Of a DNA stretch of 64,000 nucleotides, positions 63,081 through 64,000 are shown one piece after another (position 1 is the stretch's first letter; each line of letters begins with the position of its first letter). The position numbers and the translations under genes are program-made. The notes below the pieces were generated by a model. The model worked only from the letters and a program-made list of their open reading frames with translations. It was not told the origin of the DNA and ran no database searches. This DNA is from Felis catus (lineage: Eukaryota): positions 35,714,001 through 35,778,000 of the forward strand of contig NC_058368.1 in the NCBI RefSeq assembly GCF_018350175.1, in the 5' to 3' direction.

Positions 63081-63459
63081 CTACTTACCTCTGGCAAACT
63101 CAGTCCAAATCTTAAACCCCTAAGGCTCTGGGGCATGTGATTAGACTATGGAAAATAGACCTATAGTGAAATAAAGAGCACTTCACTAAGATGAGGGGTT
63201 GAGGAAAGGCTGATTTCCAGTGCTAATAACTTGGAAGCTATCTTGGAAAACAACCAGCTAAATAAATACTACGGGACCTAAATTCCCGAAGCCATTTCTA
63301 AGACTACTTAAATACTTAGTATCTTATAGTGTGTTTTCTCAAGTATTTTCCTTTACTTTTTATCTTTCCTAATTCAACATTTTTAGATATTTCCATTATA
63401 CAGATCTTCCTTCTGAACAAGTAACTTATACTATTTTGACTCCATTTCACTTTGATTCA

Positions 63460-63850
63460 GAGTCATATAATCTCAGGATTTGAAAGACCCTGAGTTACTT
63501 GGTAGAGCCATCTATCCAGTGCTTACATTCAATTTATTCAGCATCCCGTCAAGCAGTCGTCTTAAGTTTGAAGACCTCCAGTCATGTCCTCACAAGACAA
63601 TAAATTCCTCTTTTGGACAGCTCTAATAATTAAATGTTTTACCTTATGCTTATCTAATGCTTGTTTCCCTGAGATCTTCATCACTGGCCCTACTGATTTT
63701 TTCCCTTAGAGATGTAGTAAGTGAGTCCAATTCCTCCTCCACCCACCCGCCCTTCCACTATTTAAAGACACATATCACATACCCCAGCCTCTCTGCCAAG
63801 CCTAATAGCCACAAGTTCAACTGTTCTTCCAGAGATCATGAGTTGAAGCT
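63460..63850 (-). mobile_element. L3/CR1 LINE relic
   Basis: agagtcatataatctcaggatttgaaagacc...ttgaagacctccagt...ttttggacagctctaataatt...tatttaaagaca, typical of the reverse-complemented CR1 3' region. Confidence 0.55.
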
Positions 63851-64000
63851 ATGACTGTGTCACTGTATTAGTTAATTCAATAAGTCTTTAGCCACCATGC
63901 TATGTGATGCATCCTTGAAACACTTAGGATTCTGCCATTTCTATTATAAACATACAAAATCATATTCATTTAATAGTTCAAAATTCTGAAAACAAAACAA

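Larger units (their letters stand above)
34825..64000 (-). other. DIAPH3: 3' portion of the long last intron of DIAPH3
   Basis: No DAD-containing (MDNLLEAL-type) penultimate exon is recognisable upstream within the window. The region is repeat-dominated. Confidence 0.75.

Overview
This is mammalian nuclear DNA from a carnivore, most likely a felid, judged from about 23 tRNA-derived Can-SINEs including young SINEC_Fc-like copies. The only host coding sequence I can support is the terminal coding exon of DIAPH3 (mDia2 formin) on the minus strand at 34562-34824, ending ...PEVEALLARLRAL*. Its 3' UTR runs leftwards, with a poly(A) signal near 33505 and a possible distal one near 31290. Positions above 34824 are therefore the long last intron of DIAPH3, and positions below about 31270 are downstream intergenic DNA. 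Most of the window is transposon-derived. It contains two essentially full-length decayed L1s with TSDs, an internally deleted L1 and truncated L1s. A 20.3 kb decayed class I (MER34-like) ERV carries LTRs, a tRNA-Leu PBS, gag/IN/env remnants and about 11 kb of nested L1. Ancient L2, MIR, CR1, MaLR, LTR33, MER21, MER44 and MER58 relics, a tailless 5S retropseudogene and a near full-length AmnSINE1-like element are also present. I found no convincing wholly new system. The best leads are a candidate alternative DIAPH3 last exon that would delete the C-terminal NES, the AmnSINE1-like element as a candidate exapted enhancer, twin miR-181 sites and alternative polyadenylation in the DIAPH3 3' UTR, repeated reuse of single L1-endonuclease target sites, and a SOX palindrome. 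Gene and repeat-family names come from recalled sequences, not database searches. Boundaries without a stated TSD are approximate.
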